Assembly: GCA_964554805.1 (NCBI GenBank)
Contig: CAZKPX010000004.1
Span: 13,638 to 70,438, forward strand
Reading direction: 5' to 3'
From: an uncultured Candidatus Saccharibacteria bacterium
GTDB lineage: Bacteria > Patescibacteriota > CAZHWT01
DNA length: 56,801 bases
Below, piece after piece: positions 9,318 to 19,378 of this stretch (position 1 is its first letter; the number at the start of each line of letters is the position of its first letter). Position numbers and translations under genes: made by a program. The notes under the pieces were generated by a model. It was given only the letters and a program-made list of their open reading frames with translations. It ran no database searches and was not told where the DNA came from.

Positions 9318-10217
9318 CTACATTGCTCGCAATCGCTTGACGCGCTCGGCTATTGGCGGATGAGTATTGAATAAGTTGCTTAAAAAATCCTTGGCTTGGC
9401 CTTTTAGGGGATTGGAGATATAGAGGCTGGCGGTGGCATTGTTGGCACTTTCTAGGGGCTCCTGATCAGAATCTATTTTCTCCAAGGCTCGAGCCAATCC
9501 TTCGGGATTGCGGGTCAGGTAAGCCGCCGATGCATCTGCCAAATATTCTCGCTGACGGGATATGGCCAGCTTAATAATTGTAGCAATAAGCGGAGCAATG
9601 ATGGCCAGAACTATACCAATAATCATAAAGATGGCATTGCCGTTTCCTCTATTGCTATCGCGTCCGATCGATTGAAATAGGCTCATGCGAATAAAGAAAT
9701 CGGCCACAATAGCGATGACGCCGACCAGGATAACAACCAGCGATGTAAGCAGGATATCATAGTTCTTAATATGGGCTAACTCGTGTGCAACCACGCCTTC
9801 CAATTCAGCTCGATCTAGCTTGGCTAAGATGCCTGTTGTAAAACATACCGCGGCATGCTCAGGATTCCTGCCTGTGGCAAAGGCGTTGGGGGCAGAATCA
9901 TTAATAATATAAATCTTAGGTCTCGGCAAGCCACTGCCAATGCACAAATTCTCGACTAGATTAAACAGCTCAGGCGCTTGATCCTTAGTTGATATCTCCT
10001 GAGCATGAGATAAACTTAGAATCATTTTGTCAGAAAAGTAATAGCTGATTAAAGCATATACGGCCGTAGCAACCAAGGCTATGCCAGTTAAGGCTAAGGG
10101 ACTATAGCCATAAGCCAGAGCAAAGACATAGACTACAATGGCCACAAAAGTCAGTAAGCCAAGTATAAGGATGACGGTTTTTTGTTTATTAGAACTAATT
10201 TGAGAGTACAGATTCAT
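9318..10217 (-). CDS. htpX: HtpX-like M48 zinc metalloprotease
   Basis: 299 aa. HELAHIKNYD zinc motif and four TM segments. Confidence 0.9.
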   Translation of the reverse strand: MNLYSQISSNKQKTVILILGLLTFVAIVVYVFALAYGYSPLALTGIALVATAVYALISYYFSDKMILSLSHAQEISTKDQAPELFNLVENLCIGSGLPRPKIYIINDSAPNAFATGRNPEHAAVCFTTGILAKLDRAELEGVVAHELAHIKNYDILLTSLVVILVGVIAIVADFFIRMSLFQSIGRDSNRGNGNAIFMIIGIVLAIIAPLIATIIKLAISRQREYLADASAAYLTRNPEGLARALEKIDSDQEPLESANNATASLYISNPLKGQAKDFLSNLFNTHPPIAERVKRLRAM

Positions 10218-10283
10218 AGCACAATTTCCACTAGCCCATCCCGGGGCTAGATTTCAAAAGGGATGGACTATATGGATTGATGG

Positions 10284-10862
10284 TTACTTGTTAATTGCTG
10301 CAACCGACTTGTCGTCAAAGGCAACAGTTACTTCCTGGCGGCCTGCCTCATCAGTCTCAAAGAATTCGGAATTTTTGAAACCAAAGCTGTTGGCAATAAT
10401 TACACTAGGAAACAGCTCAATCTTAGTGTTGTATTGGAGAACGTTTGAATTATAGAACTGACGTGCATAGGCAATCTTATCTTCAGTGTCAGCTAAATCC
10501 CGCTGCAAACCAAGGAAGTTCTCATTGGCTCTTAACTGAGGGTAGGCTTCGGCAACTGCAAATAAAGACTTAAGCGTGCCGCTCAGGGTATTGTCTGCTT
10601 CGGCTTTTTGATGAGGCGTGTCTGCAGACATCAGGGCTGATCGTGCTTCGGTTACCCGCTCAAAAACTTCCCTTTCATGGCTTGCATAGCCCTTAACCGA
10701 TTCAATCAGATTGGGGATAAGACTTGAGCGACGCTTAAGCTGGACGTCGATGCCCGACCAAGACTCACTAACTCGATTACGAAGAGTAACCAATGAGTTG
10801 TATGTAAACCACACAAATACAACTAGTGCTAATACAATGGCGCCAATAATTATATATGTCAT
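10284..10862 (-). CDS. lemA: LemA family membrane protein
   Basis: 192 aa. N-terminal TM, then [25 protein letters not shown] and [10 protein letters not shown] motifs typical of LemA. Confidence 0.9.
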   Translation of the reverse strand: MTYIIIGAIVLALVVFVWFTYNSLVTLRNRVSESWSGIDVQLKRRSSLIPNLIESVKGYASHEREVFERVTEARSALMSADTPHQKAEADNTLSGTLKSLFAVAEAYPQLRANENFLGLQRDLADTEDKIAYARQFYNSNVLQYNTKIELFPSVIIANSFGFKNSEFFETDEAGRQEVTVAFDDKSVAAINK

Positions 10863-11216
10863 CCTATTAAAATAACCTCCTTTGCCTTTGGTTTTAATGC
10901 GTTCCGTTTAACAAAAACTCCTGCAGCGCATTAATGTTTAAGGCCTATTGATACCAATTTTATCAGAAGTACTATGCAAGTTACAACCACCTATTGAGTT
11001 TTTACTAAAAATGTATGCAGTTCGCTTATATAGAATCTACAATAATACTTATTGGTTGCTATTGTTTCTATGACGAACAATTCCTCATTCTTGATCACTT
11101 ACTTTACTCTTATTCCTATACTGAGCATATTATATACTCTCTTGCCCATCTTACCCTTTTATGACGGTTTATATGTATTATTTGATATAGCTTAGTCGGA
11201 CACTATCGACTCTCCC

Positions 11217-11245
11217 TTGACTATCAGAGTAAAGTCTGATAAAGT
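11217..11245 (+). promoter_or_regulatory. Candidate sigma70 promoter for tRNA-Asp
   Basis: TTGACT (11217-11222), 17-nt spacer, TAAAGT (11240-11245). About 20 nt upstream of the tRNA 5' end. Confidence 0.45.
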
Positions 11246-11266
11246 AAGCAAGCATTTCAAATACTT

Positions 11267-11343
11267 GGACTCGTGGTGTAGAGGCCTAACACGCTTCCCT
11301 GTCACGGAAGAGATCGGCGGTTCGAATCCGCTCGGGTCCGCCA
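11267..11343 (+). tRNA. tRNA-Asp (anticodon GUC)
   Basis: Acceptor GGACTCG/CGGGTCC, anticodon arm CTTCC-CTGTCAC-GGAAG, T-loop GGTTCGAATCC, encoded CCA. Confidence 0.93.
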
Positions 11344-11373
11344 TATTGAAATTATTCTAAAGCACGAACAAAA

Positions 11374-11404
11374 GTAGCAACCATCCGGTTGCTGCTTTTG
11401 TTTT
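11374..11404 (+). terminator. Rho-independent terminator after tRNA-Asp
   Basis: Stem GTAGCAACC/GGTTGCTGC with loop ATCC, followed by TTTTGTTTT. Confidence 0.75.
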
Positions 11405-11471
11405 AGCTGTTGTGTGTCATCTTGGGTGCATTGTTATTAATATTCATAAAGTTATATTTAAATTCTAGGCC

Positions 11472-11500
11472 TTGATAGCTTTTAAATATTAGGCTATAGT
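11472..11500 (+). promoter_or_regulatory. Candidate sigma70 promoter for the LysM gene (about 155-nt leader)
   Basis: TTGATA (11472-11477), 17-nt spacer, TATAGT (11495-11500). Confidence 0.45.
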
Positions 11501-11661
11501 ATCAGTTATACCGAGCACGCCCTAGTTTTAGTTGCTCTTTAATCTGCCCCACTACAATCTTATATAGCGCGGAATAATCACAGCATTTTTGTATCTATTT
11601 ACCCAAATTGCATCATCAAAGCTGCATCATCTATTTCTATGACAGAGGAGTAATAATTAGT

Positions 11662-12366
11662 ATGCCACAAAGCAAAAAGGCCATTGAGGCCACTTCGATT
11701 AAGACAGATTCCGCACCTACCGCTGACACCTCTGATTTGAATACACCTTCTGACCGCCAATCGAACCTAGCGACTATCCTTATTGGCCTGCTTATTATTG
11801 CCAGCGGACTTCTTATTTATAATTATTTCCAGGCCTCTACAGCTCCTGAGACTACTACCATATCCGATTCAACCACACCAACGCCGGCCGAGCCAGGTCA
11901 ACCAACCCCTACTCCTGTTACTGGCCCGGAAGCTACTGAAGGTAGCTATACTGTCGTAGCCGGAGACACTCTTTGGTCTGTATCCGAAAAGGTCTATGGA
12001 GATGGAAACCGCTGGGTTGAGATAGAACAGGCTAATGAACTGCCTCGTACGGACGAAGGTCGGCCTATTATTGAGCCTGGTCAGACTCTAACTGTACCTA
12101 ATAGCGCTGCTTCTACCGTAGCGACCACTCCAGGTGCACAAGATTCAGACGATAGCCACACCTCTGACCAAACCGACAGCAATGACATGGCAGTAACTAG
12201 CTATACTGTTGCAAGCGGAGAGACGCTATGGTCGATTGCAGAGCAAGTGTACGGCGATGGAAATGACTGGGTCAAGATCTTCAATGACCAAGCCAACAGA
12301 CTGGGAAGCTTGAGCAATGGCAACCCTCTCATACACTCGGGCAATGTCCTTCATATCCCCCGCTAA
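11662..12366 (+). CDS. Membrane-anchored protein with two LysM domains
   Basis: ATG at 11662 is preceded by AGAGGAG. One TM (LATILIGLLIIASGLLIY). Two LysM repeats: YTVVAGDTLWSVSEKVYGDGNRW...GQTLTVP and YTVASGETLWSIAEQVYGDGNDW...GNVLHIP. Confidence 0.9.
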   Translation: MPQSKKAIEATSIKTDSAPTADTSDLNTPSDRQSNLATILIGLLIIASGLLIYNYFQASTAPETTTISDSTTPTPAEPGQPTPTPVTGPEATEGSYTVVAGDTLWSVSEKVYGDGNRWVEIEQANELPRTDEGRPIIEPGQTLTVPNSAASTVATTPGAQDSDDSHTSDQTDSNDMAVTSYTVASGETLWSIAEQVYGDGNDWVKIFNDQANRLGSLSNGNPLIHSGNVLHIPR

Positions 12367-12434
12367 TGCTTCACCGATAATCTGAAGTATGGTACTTTAA
12401 ATATGCTAATAAATTTACGCATCGTATAATCCGC

Positions 12435-12509
12435 GCTGATGTAGCTCAGGGGTAGAGCAATGCTCTCGTAAAGCATAGGCCATGGGTTCGAATCCCTTCA
12501 TCAGCTCCA
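12435..12509 (+). tRNA. tRNA-Thr (anticodon CGU)
   Basis: Acceptor GCTGATG/CATCAGC, D-arm TAGCTCAGGGGTAGAGC, anticodon arm ATGCT-CTCGTAA-AGCAT, T-loop GGTTCGAATCC, encoded CCA. A TATAAT hexamer lies at 12425-12430. Confidence 0.93.
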
Positions 12510-12695
12510 AATTAAGACTGTTAAACGGGAGCTGCGATTAGCGGGAGGGCAGTACTTTTTGCTGTTTTTACTTTATTTGCGCGGAACAAGTCTGTACTGT
12601 TTCGCTTAGCTTGACAGCACTATCTCGGGATGTAGGCATGAATAATAGATTTTTTTAAAGAGATGGATTATGATTAAGTGGAAGGCATACAGTCT

Positions 12696-13469
12696 ATGGC
12701 GAAATCAATAAACCAAAACAACGAATCTTTTTATAGTTTTAGCGCACGACGCAACTTGCGCAAAGAAGAGGTGGCTGCTTACAAGCGAATTGCCATTGCA
12801 ACGATAGTGGTGGTCGGATTGTTGGCGGCTGGCTACTTCTGGGGAGTTCCGCTGATTGCCCAAATGGGTGGAGATAGTGTAAATCTATCTGATAAGGACA
12901 AGCTTGGGACAACAGACAATATACCGCCAACATCGCCCAAGCTAGACACTATTCCTGAGTTTGTTAGGGTTCGCCAGCTCACAATTAAGGGTTCGGCTGA
13001 AAGCGGAGCTACTGTTGTCTTGCGAAATAATGACCAAGAATTAGCCACTTTTACTGCCGACAAAGACGGCTTGTTCCAGGGGGAGATTACCCTAGAAGCC
13101 GGCTTGAATACTCTTAGTGCAACTGCTCAGGATGCGGCTGGCAATACAAGCCGTGCCACAAAGTCGGTGACGATTACTTTTGACGCTACTCCTCCCAAGC
13201 TCACGCTAAGCAGTGAGCCCAATTCGGTTGTTACGACTTCTCGGGTGACATTTAAAGGCAAGGTAGAATCGGGATCAACGGTTACTATTAACAATCGATT
13301 GACGGTGCTGGCGGATGACGATAGTTTTGAGAGCGAGATAAATCTGTCGCCAGGGGCCAACACGATTACCATAATAGCTACTGACCAGGCAGGTAATATA
13401 AACCGTATCTCTAGGACCGTTACACTAGAGCAGCCCAGTCAGGCCAGCCCATCAGCAAGCCTCGAATAG
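12696..13469 (+). CDS. Membrane-anchored surface protein with two Ig-like repeats
   Basis: One TM (IAIATIVVVGLLAAGYFWGV). Two similar beta-rich repeats: GSAESGATVVL...LEAGLNTLSATAQDAAGNTS and GKVESGSTVTI...LSPGANTITIIATDQAGNIN. ATG at 12696; the ORF track uses GTG at 12678. Confidence 0.7.
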   Translation: MAKSINQNNESFYSFSARRNLRKEEVAAYKRIAIATIVVVGLLAAGYFWGVPLIAQMGGDSVNLSDKDKLGTTDNIPPTSPKLDTIPEFVRVRQLTIKGSAESGATVVLRNNDQELATFTADKDGLFQGEITLEAGLNTLSATAQDAAGNTSRATKSVTITFDATPPKLTLSSEPNSVVTTSRVTFKGKVESGSTVTINNRLTVLADDDSFESEINLSPGANTITIIATDQAGNINRISRTVTLEQPSQASPSASLE

Positions 13470-13482
13470 TCCGCCCATTACG

Positions 13483-14757
13483 TCACGAACCATCGACTTG
13501 ACGCAATTTATCTGCGACAAGCACTATGGCTGGAATGATCCACCACAGCATGGCTAGATCGTTCTTGAAGTATGGGACATCAACTAAACCATGAATTAGC
13601 CAATAAACCAGGCTTAGCAATCCGGCCACATACAACCAACTGTACTGATGCTTCTTACTACTGATAATGCCTTGGGTGGTTTGCTTGATCCAGAGAGTCG
13701 TCATGGCAACGAAAGACAGAAGGCCTAATAGGCCAGTTTCTGACCAAAAAGTAAGCACATTGTTGTGCGGATAGGTGAATGGCTCAGCATCGCAGGTATA
13801 ATGCTGTGCATAGGCTACGGGGAAACCCGCTAGGCCGCTACCAAGGATAGGGCTTCCTTTTAATGACTCCCATGTCCCTTCCCAGGTGCACTGCCGAATA
13901 GTCATAGTGGTAAAATCCGGTCGGGTATATGGATTGGCCACCTGCGGCGGATGATTTCCCCAAGCCACATAGCCAATATTGATGGCTACGTACGTCAACA
14001 TGACTAGCGTTGCGAATATGGTGGCTGTTTTTTGGCTATTCAGTTGAGGCCAGACTGGTCGACAGGCAGCTATGGCCGCTAAGCCAACCAGCAGGCCGCC
14101 AACTGACAGCCAGGCGCCTTCTGATTTGGTCGCCAAGAGGGCTACAAGCAATAGCAGTAGAATAACAGACAGGACAATGTTGGCCGCCATGGATGTTTTT
14201 TTATATAAGATATAGCTGCCAACAAAGGCAATGACTGGGCCAAGTGCTAGTCCGACTGCATTTGCAGTATTAAAGGTGGCACTTGAGCGACCCTGAGCTA
14301 ATTCGTGTGGTGCAATGTTAGGCCAACCCCATACCCATTGAGTAAGACACACGCAGGCAATTTGCAGACCAGCAAGCAAGCCTGCCAATAATACGCCGTT
14401 CAGTTTATCTTTGGTATCAATCGTATCGTATAGCTGATAGAAGAATATGACAGGCAGGAGGAAATACGCTTTAAAAATGCCTGAAGCGGCACGCAAATCC
14501 GGAGATATCAGCATAGATATTATAGCGATAAGCACCCATACTACGCTAATAACTACCCATGGCTTCGGCGGAATGGCTACTGTTTTGGAGCATATTTTTA
14601 ATACAACCCACATTGCTATACTAGCCCAGGCAATAGCTTCGGGGAGAGTTACTGGTATGCCTACTATGGAAAATCTGATGATATACCATGGTAGGCTAGC
14701 AATAGTTATAAGAATTAGGCCAAACTGAATTTGTGACACGTGTGATTGGATAGTCAT
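13483..14757 (-). CDS. O-antigen ligase/polymerase-like (Wzy_C type) polytopic membrane protein
   Basis: 424 aa with about 10 or more TM segments and a central loop of the TKSEGAWLS type. Ends in TGA. Confidence 0.6.
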   Translation of the reverse strand: MTIQSHVSQIQFGLILITIASLPWYIIRFSIVGIPVTLPEAIAWASIAMWVVLKICSKTVAIPPKPWVVISVVWVLIAIISMLISPDLRAASGIFKAYFLLPVIFFYQLYDTIDTKDKLNGVLLAGLLAGLQIACVCLTQWVWGWPNIAPHELAQGRSSATFNTANAVGLALGPVIAFVGSYILYKKTSMAANIVLSVILLLLLVALLATKSEGAWLSVGGLLVGLAAIAACRPVWPQLNSQKTATIFATLVMLTYVAINIGYVAWGNHPPQVANPYTRPDFTTMTIRQCTWEGTWESLKGSPILGSGLAGFPVAYAQHYTCDAEPFTYPHNNVLTFWSETGLLGLLSFVAMTTLWIKQTTQGIISSKKHQYSWLYVAGLLSLVYWLIHGLVDVPYFKNDLAMLWWIIPAIVLVADKLRQVDGS

Positions 14758-14768
14758 TATAGGAGAGC

Positions 14769-16079
14769 TTATAGGGTATTTGATTGATTTGCTTTGACTA
14801 TGGCTTGCCCTTGGTGTTTAAGCCAATAAGCGGTGCCCAAGCTTAGCCCAATCAAGACCCACCACAATTGCAGAATCCAGGTGTAGAAAAGACTATTATT
14901 TATCATGCTGGCTGGTATTAAGCCAAATAAAACTGCTACAACTGCTAATTGAGTGGCCTTTATACTCATTAATGTTTGATTATTGTGCTGGTTTTCTAAC
15001 AAGACTCGTCCGCTGGCATAGATAAGACTGCTATAAAATATTATAAAGAGCGTGAACCCAATTGCTCCTGTTGTAGCTAGCACAAACAGCCAGCTTGAAT
15101 CAGCGCCCGCTCCGGCGTTGCCGCTATCTTCTTGATTAACTATTCCATAGCGGTCCTGAGCATAGCGATAACTATTAAATCCTATGCCAAATGGTTGATT
15201 ATCCATGGCGATTGTCAGAGAGTTTTGCCACGAAGTAATGCGAATGGAAGAAGTGACATCGATCTGAACTCCGCTCATGACTCTTTCCTTAACGCGAGGA
15301 ACTGCAGTAAAGGCAATAATTCCTACAACAGCGGCTACTAATAGCAGCCAGCGCGCTTTGAAAAAGGCCACAACAGCCAAGCCAACCACCAGCATGACAT
15401 ATGCGCTCCTAGAGAATGTTAGAATGATGGCCAAGATGAGAATGCCAGCGATGAGACCGAATATAAAGCGCCGCTTCATGCTTGTGCTGTAGAGAAGAAA
15501 ACTTGTAGCAACAATAGCACCAATAGACAGATACGCGCCAGCATAATTAGGATCTAGCATAGCCGTAGCCAGTCGTCCAATATGAGGGTCCCAACCATAT
15601 TTGGTCAATTCCGCAAAATCTGGCAACACGTACAACTGAATAAAGCCACTTGCCGCCATTAATAGACTAGCCATCAAGAGCACCTTTAGCCAAAAGGCGA
15701 TTGAGCGCTGCAATTGCAGCGAGTTGGCCGAGTAAACCACCCCATCAAAAACAATCAAGGCAATGAATGCGTAAGCTGCGTAGCGAATCCAGTAGGACAA
15801 ACTGACAAGAACTTGACTATTGGATAACATATTGCTGCCAATCAACAAGCCCACTGGGGCCAGGGCCATAAAGATGGCCAAGACTGCCATGGGCCATGGT
15901 ATTATCCAAGTCTTGCGAATAATAAGCACATGGGCAAGGTATACTGCAACGATTCCAGCCATTAGTAAATCATTGGCATAGATAACTACCCCGTCTCCCC
16001 CACCGACGGGGATACGGTTAAGTTGTCCCAGACAGGCAGTTAGCAGCATTAAGACGGTCAGGATTACAGTTAGTTTCAT
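14769..16079 (-). CDS. O-antigen ligase/polymerase-like (Wzy_C type) polytopic membrane protein, paralogue of the neighbouring gene
   Basis: 436 aa, polytopic. FSRSAYVMLVVGLAV motif typical of the Wzy_C family. Confidence 0.65.
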   Translation of the reverse strand: MKLTVILTVLMLLTACLGQLNRIPVGGGDGVVIYANDLLMAGIVAVYLAHVLIIRKTWIIPWPMAVLAIFMALAPVGLLIGSNMLSNSQVLVSLSYWIRYAAYAFIALIVFDGVVYSANSLQLQRSIAFWLKVLLMASLLMAASGFIQLYVLPDFAELTKYGWDPHIGRLATAMLDPNYAGAYLSIGAIVATSFLLYSTSMKRRFIFGLIAGILILAIILTFSRSAYVMLVVGLAVVAFFKARWLLLVAAVVGIIAFTAVPRVKERVMSGVQIDVTSSIRITSWQNSLTIAMDNQPFGIGFNSYRYAQDRYGIVNQEDSGNAGAGADSSWLFVLATTGAIGFTLFIIFYSSLIYASGRVLLENQHNNQTLMSIKATQLAVVAVLFGLIPASMINNSLFYTWILQLWWVLIGLSLGTAYWLKHQGQAIVKANQSNTL

Positions 16080-16082
16080 ATA

Positions 16083-17231
16083 TTAGCTCAGTATACTAGC
16101 GTAGATTTCTGTCAGCTGATCGGTGGCTATTTTTTCGGTATGCATGTCCATAACTCTCTGATGGCCTGCTTCAGATAGTTGATCAGCCAGCTGAGGGTTG
16201 TCGACAAGCGTTGAAATTGCTTCGGCCAGTAGCTCAGGTTGAGCAGGCGGAATAAGTATGCCAGTTTGACCATTTATTACTAATTCATTAGTTCCGCCGG
16301 CGTCTGTGCCGATAACAGGCTTGTTGGCCATCATAGCTTGAACCACGGTTGTAGCAAACGGCTCAGCATCGATGGTTGTCAGGGTGAAAATGTCGAATAG
16401 TGAATAATACAATGCCTCTTGCTGCTGATATCCAGCAAACTTAATGTAGTCCTCGGCACCTGCTTCAGCCACTCTTTGATGGAGCTGTTCTTCTATATCA
16501 TGCTCCTGCCCTTTGCCTGTGCCAACGATCAAAGCTTTGAGTTGAGGAAACTGACTGTGCAGCTGAATCATAGCTTCGATTAAGTCTGAAGGGCCTTTTT
16601 CAAAAACCAATCTGCCCATAAAACCAATGACAACATCGGTCGAGTCTAATTGCCATTGTTGGCGAGTCGCCAGGCGCTGTTTAGCTGTGATATCAGCGAG
16701 CTTTTGATATATATTACTGGCAACATAGACGACCACCCCTTGCGGGTTTTGACTGGACATATAGCGCACTTTAATGGCTTGTGAAACACAAATTATTTTG
16801 GCAGCACGCCATCTGAGCAGATTAAAAAGCACCCTACTATATAAGAAATCACGAACCCACCATATCAGTTTGACTGGTGTGCCAATCACTGCCAATGTGG
16901 CAATATAGCTGGCCCGGGATGTATTGGAGACGACAATATCAATCTTATGCTTACCTATCAGATCTTTGACGACTCGCGAGGTCTTCCAGACATCCATAAT
17001 CGAGGTAAGACTGCCTTTAAGGCGCGGCATTTCGATGCACTCTACCATTGCACCAGCATGTTTATACCTTTCGATTAGCTGCGGCACCGTGTCTGTACAA
17101 ACTACTACCACTTGATAATGATTCTTATCTAATTGCGCAATATGTTCGGCTAAGACTAGCTGCGCTCCACCGGCAAAAGGGGTATGATCGACAAATAGTA
17201 GCTTAGTTTTGATGTTGATTGATCGGCTCAT
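16083..17231 (-). CDS. Glycosyltransferase, GT4 (GT-B fold) family
   Basis: 382 aa. C-terminal EPFATTVVQAMMANKPVIGTDAGGTNELV (EX7E-like) motif. Confidence 0.85.
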   Translation of the reverse strand: MSRSINIKTKLLFVDHTPFAGGAQLVLAEHIAQLDKNHYQVVVVCTDTVPQLIERYKHAGAMVECIEMPRLKGSLTSIMDVWKTSRVVKDLIGKHKIDIVVSNTSRASYIATLAVIGTPVKLIWWVRDFLYSRVLFNLLRWRAAKIICVSQAIKVRYMSSQNPQGVVVYVASNIYQKLADITAKQRLATRQQWQLDSTDVVIGFMGRLVFEKGPSDLIEAMIQLHSQFPQLKALIVGTGKGQEHDIEEQLHQRVAEAGAEDYIKFAGYQQQEALYYSLFDIFTLTTIDAEPFATTVVQAMMANKPVIGTDAGGTNELVINGQTGILIPPAQPELLAEAISTLVDNPQLADQLSEAGHQRVMDMHTEKIATDQLTEIYASILS

Positions 17232-18538
17232 AGCACCACCTCGTCTTCTGTTAGCTGGCTGGCTTGGGGTTGATCGTTTAATAATCCAATATTTTTACGG
17301 GGATTGCGCCATAGGCTAACTACCTGACCTGCCAGCAACAATCCAATAATACTTTCGGCTATAGCGGTGGAAATGATAATTCCCCAGTAGCCATACTGAG
17401 GGACAAGCCACATATTTAGACTAAGGCTAATCAGCGCGCCAATGCCATAGAAAAATACAACCGCTTTCCTCTTTCCCATTGCAATTATTGCCCATAGAAG
17501 TAGATTGGTAACAAAGAAGATCGGCGTTAATGCTCCTAGCCACCGCAGAATCGTAATCGACTGCTCGAAGTCCTGATTGCCAGTTGATACATGGATGGCA
17601 AGTGGGGCAAAGATCCAGATAGCCCCCGCGATAACGAGAGAACTGCCAAGCATTAACCACAGAGAACGAATAAACAATTTTTTAAATGAATCAACACCAA
17701 TTTGAAGTCTTTGAATCATGATGGGGTACAGCGCATTGACTATAAAGACTGGAATGACCAAAGCCACGTCAAAGATCCGATAAGCAGCACTTAGCAATCC
17801 AAATTCAACCCCGTTATGAAGACTTAAGATAAAGAACCCTGAACGAATATAGATAAGATTTAATGCAATAGCCAGCCCTAGCGGCAATGCGGCAATTATA
17901 AAATACTTCCAAACCCGCCAATCAAAGCGCGGCCTGACAGACACTTGGTTATTAACCAGCATCAAAGAAATTGCAGCCATGACCGCAGATCCTGCTAAGG
18001 CGGCCATTATATACAAAAAGAGACTGCCGGCCGAGAAGAAGTTTAAGCTAGCTATAGATAATGAAACCAGACTGCCTATGCCGATGGCGATAGTTGATTG
18101 CCAGTATTGCAGCTTGGCTTGGAATAGAATATTACTATTGGTGATTATGGCCTGACTTATAACTGTTATTAAGCTGATAATAATACCAATCTTAATGACA
18201 GCGCTGTAGGGCAAGAAGACTAGAATAGCCAGACCCGCCATGATTAAGCATGCCGACAAAACAATCCTCAACCCCAATAAGTTGTTGATATGAGATGATG
18301 TTTTCTGCTCATCTTCTGTAATATCTTTAATAGCCACCGCGTTAAAACCAAAATCGCAGATGATATAGAAATATGCTACATAGCTGACGATGATGGCATA
18401 ATCAGAAAACCCAGTCAGCCCCAAACCGCGATTATCATCTGCAATCATTCGGCCTATGGCTAGAGTGGTTAGCACTGATAGTGCTTTGGCTACCGTTTGG
18501 GCAATCGTGTTAGTTGTCAGCAATTTTGCTGTGCTCAT
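17228..18538 (-). CDS. Polysaccharide flippase (MOP/Wzx family)
   Basis: 436 aa with about 12 TM segments. 4-nt ATGA overlap with the downstream GT4 gene. Confidence 0.7.
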   Translation of the reverse strand: MSTAKLLTTNTIAQTVAKALSVLTTLAIGRMIADDNRGLGLTGFSDYAIIVSYVAYFYIICDFGFNAVAIKDITEDEQKTSSHINNLLGLRIVLSACLIMAGLAILVFLPYSAVIKIGIIISLITVISQAIITNSNILFQAKLQYWQSTIAIGIGSLVSLSIASLNFFSAGSLFLYIMAALAGSAVMAAISLMLVNNQVSVRPRFDWRVWKYFIIAALPLGLAIALNLIYIRSGFFILSLHNGVEFGLLSAAYRIFDVALVIPVFIVNALYPIMIQRLQIGVDSFKKLFIRSLWLMLGSSLVIAGAIWIFAPLAIHVSTGNQDFEQSITILRWLGALTPIFFVTNLLLWAIIAMGKRKAVVFFYGIGALISLSLNMWLVPQYGYWGIIISTAIAESIIGLLLAGQVVSLWRNPRKNIGLLNDQPQASQLTEDEVVL

Positions 18539-18602
18539 GATACCAATAATAACACAGATAGCTATAGAAATTGGTCATCTTCTATCTTTTGGGCACCTTA
18601 CG

Positions 18603-19313
18603 ATGTATAATGATTCGGCTATGGATACACCTACATCCTCTAATTCCGAACTGCTTGGCAGCCAACCTGCTGTTCAGCCAGACCAGACTGACCAAGTATC
18701 AACTGACACAGACCTCATTCCTGATAACCAGGACTCCGATTCGCCATCATTTAAGCGCTTTATTCTTGATGCTCTTGAAACTATTGCTATCGCTCTGGTC
18801 ATTTTCTTTGTCATTTATACGTTTATAGCTCAACCTCACCTGGTTAAGGGCGAGTCTATGAAACCTAATTATTTTGAAGGCGAGTATATCCTAACTAGCA
18901 AAATCTACAACTGGCTCGGAGAACCGCAGCGCGGCGATGTCATTGTGCTCAAGAGTCCCGACGAGGCTAATGTGCAATTTATCAAGCGCATAATCGGTAT
19001 GCCGGGCGAAAAGATTATGGTCGAAGACAATAAAGTTCATATTATTAATTCTAATCATCCCAATGGCTTTATCTTAGAAGAATCCTATTTGGCTGATGAC
19101 CTGAGCATTCCTGACGGAGCATTTCTCAAAGAAGGGCAATGGGCTGACATACCTGATGGCAACTTTGCTGTTATGGGGGATAACCGACCAGCATCGTATG
19201 ATTCGCGGAATTGGGGATTGTTGCCGAAGGATAATATAATCGGCAAGGCGTTCTTTGTGTATTGGCCTTTGCCAAGCTTTGGCTTTGTAGCTCATGCTAC
19301 CTATAACGATTAA
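18603..19313 (+). CDS. lepB: Signal peptidase I
   Basis: GESMKPN (catalytic Ser), FIKRIIGMPGEKI (Lys) and VMGDNRPASYDSRNWG boxes. The ATG at 18603 is preferred over the ORF-track start at 18456, which would overlap the divergent flippase gene. Confidence 0.9.
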   Translation: MYNDSAMDTPTSSNSELLGSQPAVQPDQTDQVSTDTDLIPDNQDSDSPSFKRFILDALETIAIALVIFFVIYTFIAQPHLVKGESMKPNYFEGEYILTSKIYNWLGEPQRGDVIVLKSPDEANVQFIKRIIGMPGEKIMVEDNKVHIINSNHPNGFILEESYLADDLSIPDGAFLKEGQWADIPDGNFAVMGDNRPASYDSRNWGLLPKDNIIGKAFFVYWPLPSFGFVAHATYND

Positions 19314-19378
19314 TTACTTTGACAGTTTAACCGCGCGCCAATGAAGATTTTTTGCGGATTAGTATGCGGATTAATTAA

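Noticed and set aside
11608-11661. Upstream extension of the LysM gene (ORF-track start at 11608), and likewise of lepB (18456) and rplU (22680).
   Set aside because: Internal ATGs with SD-like sequences or canonical family N-termini fit better. The lepB extension would overlap the divergent flippase gene by more than 80 nt.
11501-11661. Cyclic-di-AMP (ydaO-type) riboswitch in the ~155-nt leader of the LysM gene.
   Set aside because: The leader is AT-rich and lacks the GC-rich pseudo-symmetric helices and conserved ACGGGG/CCCG-type segments I associate with that class. No support from sequence.
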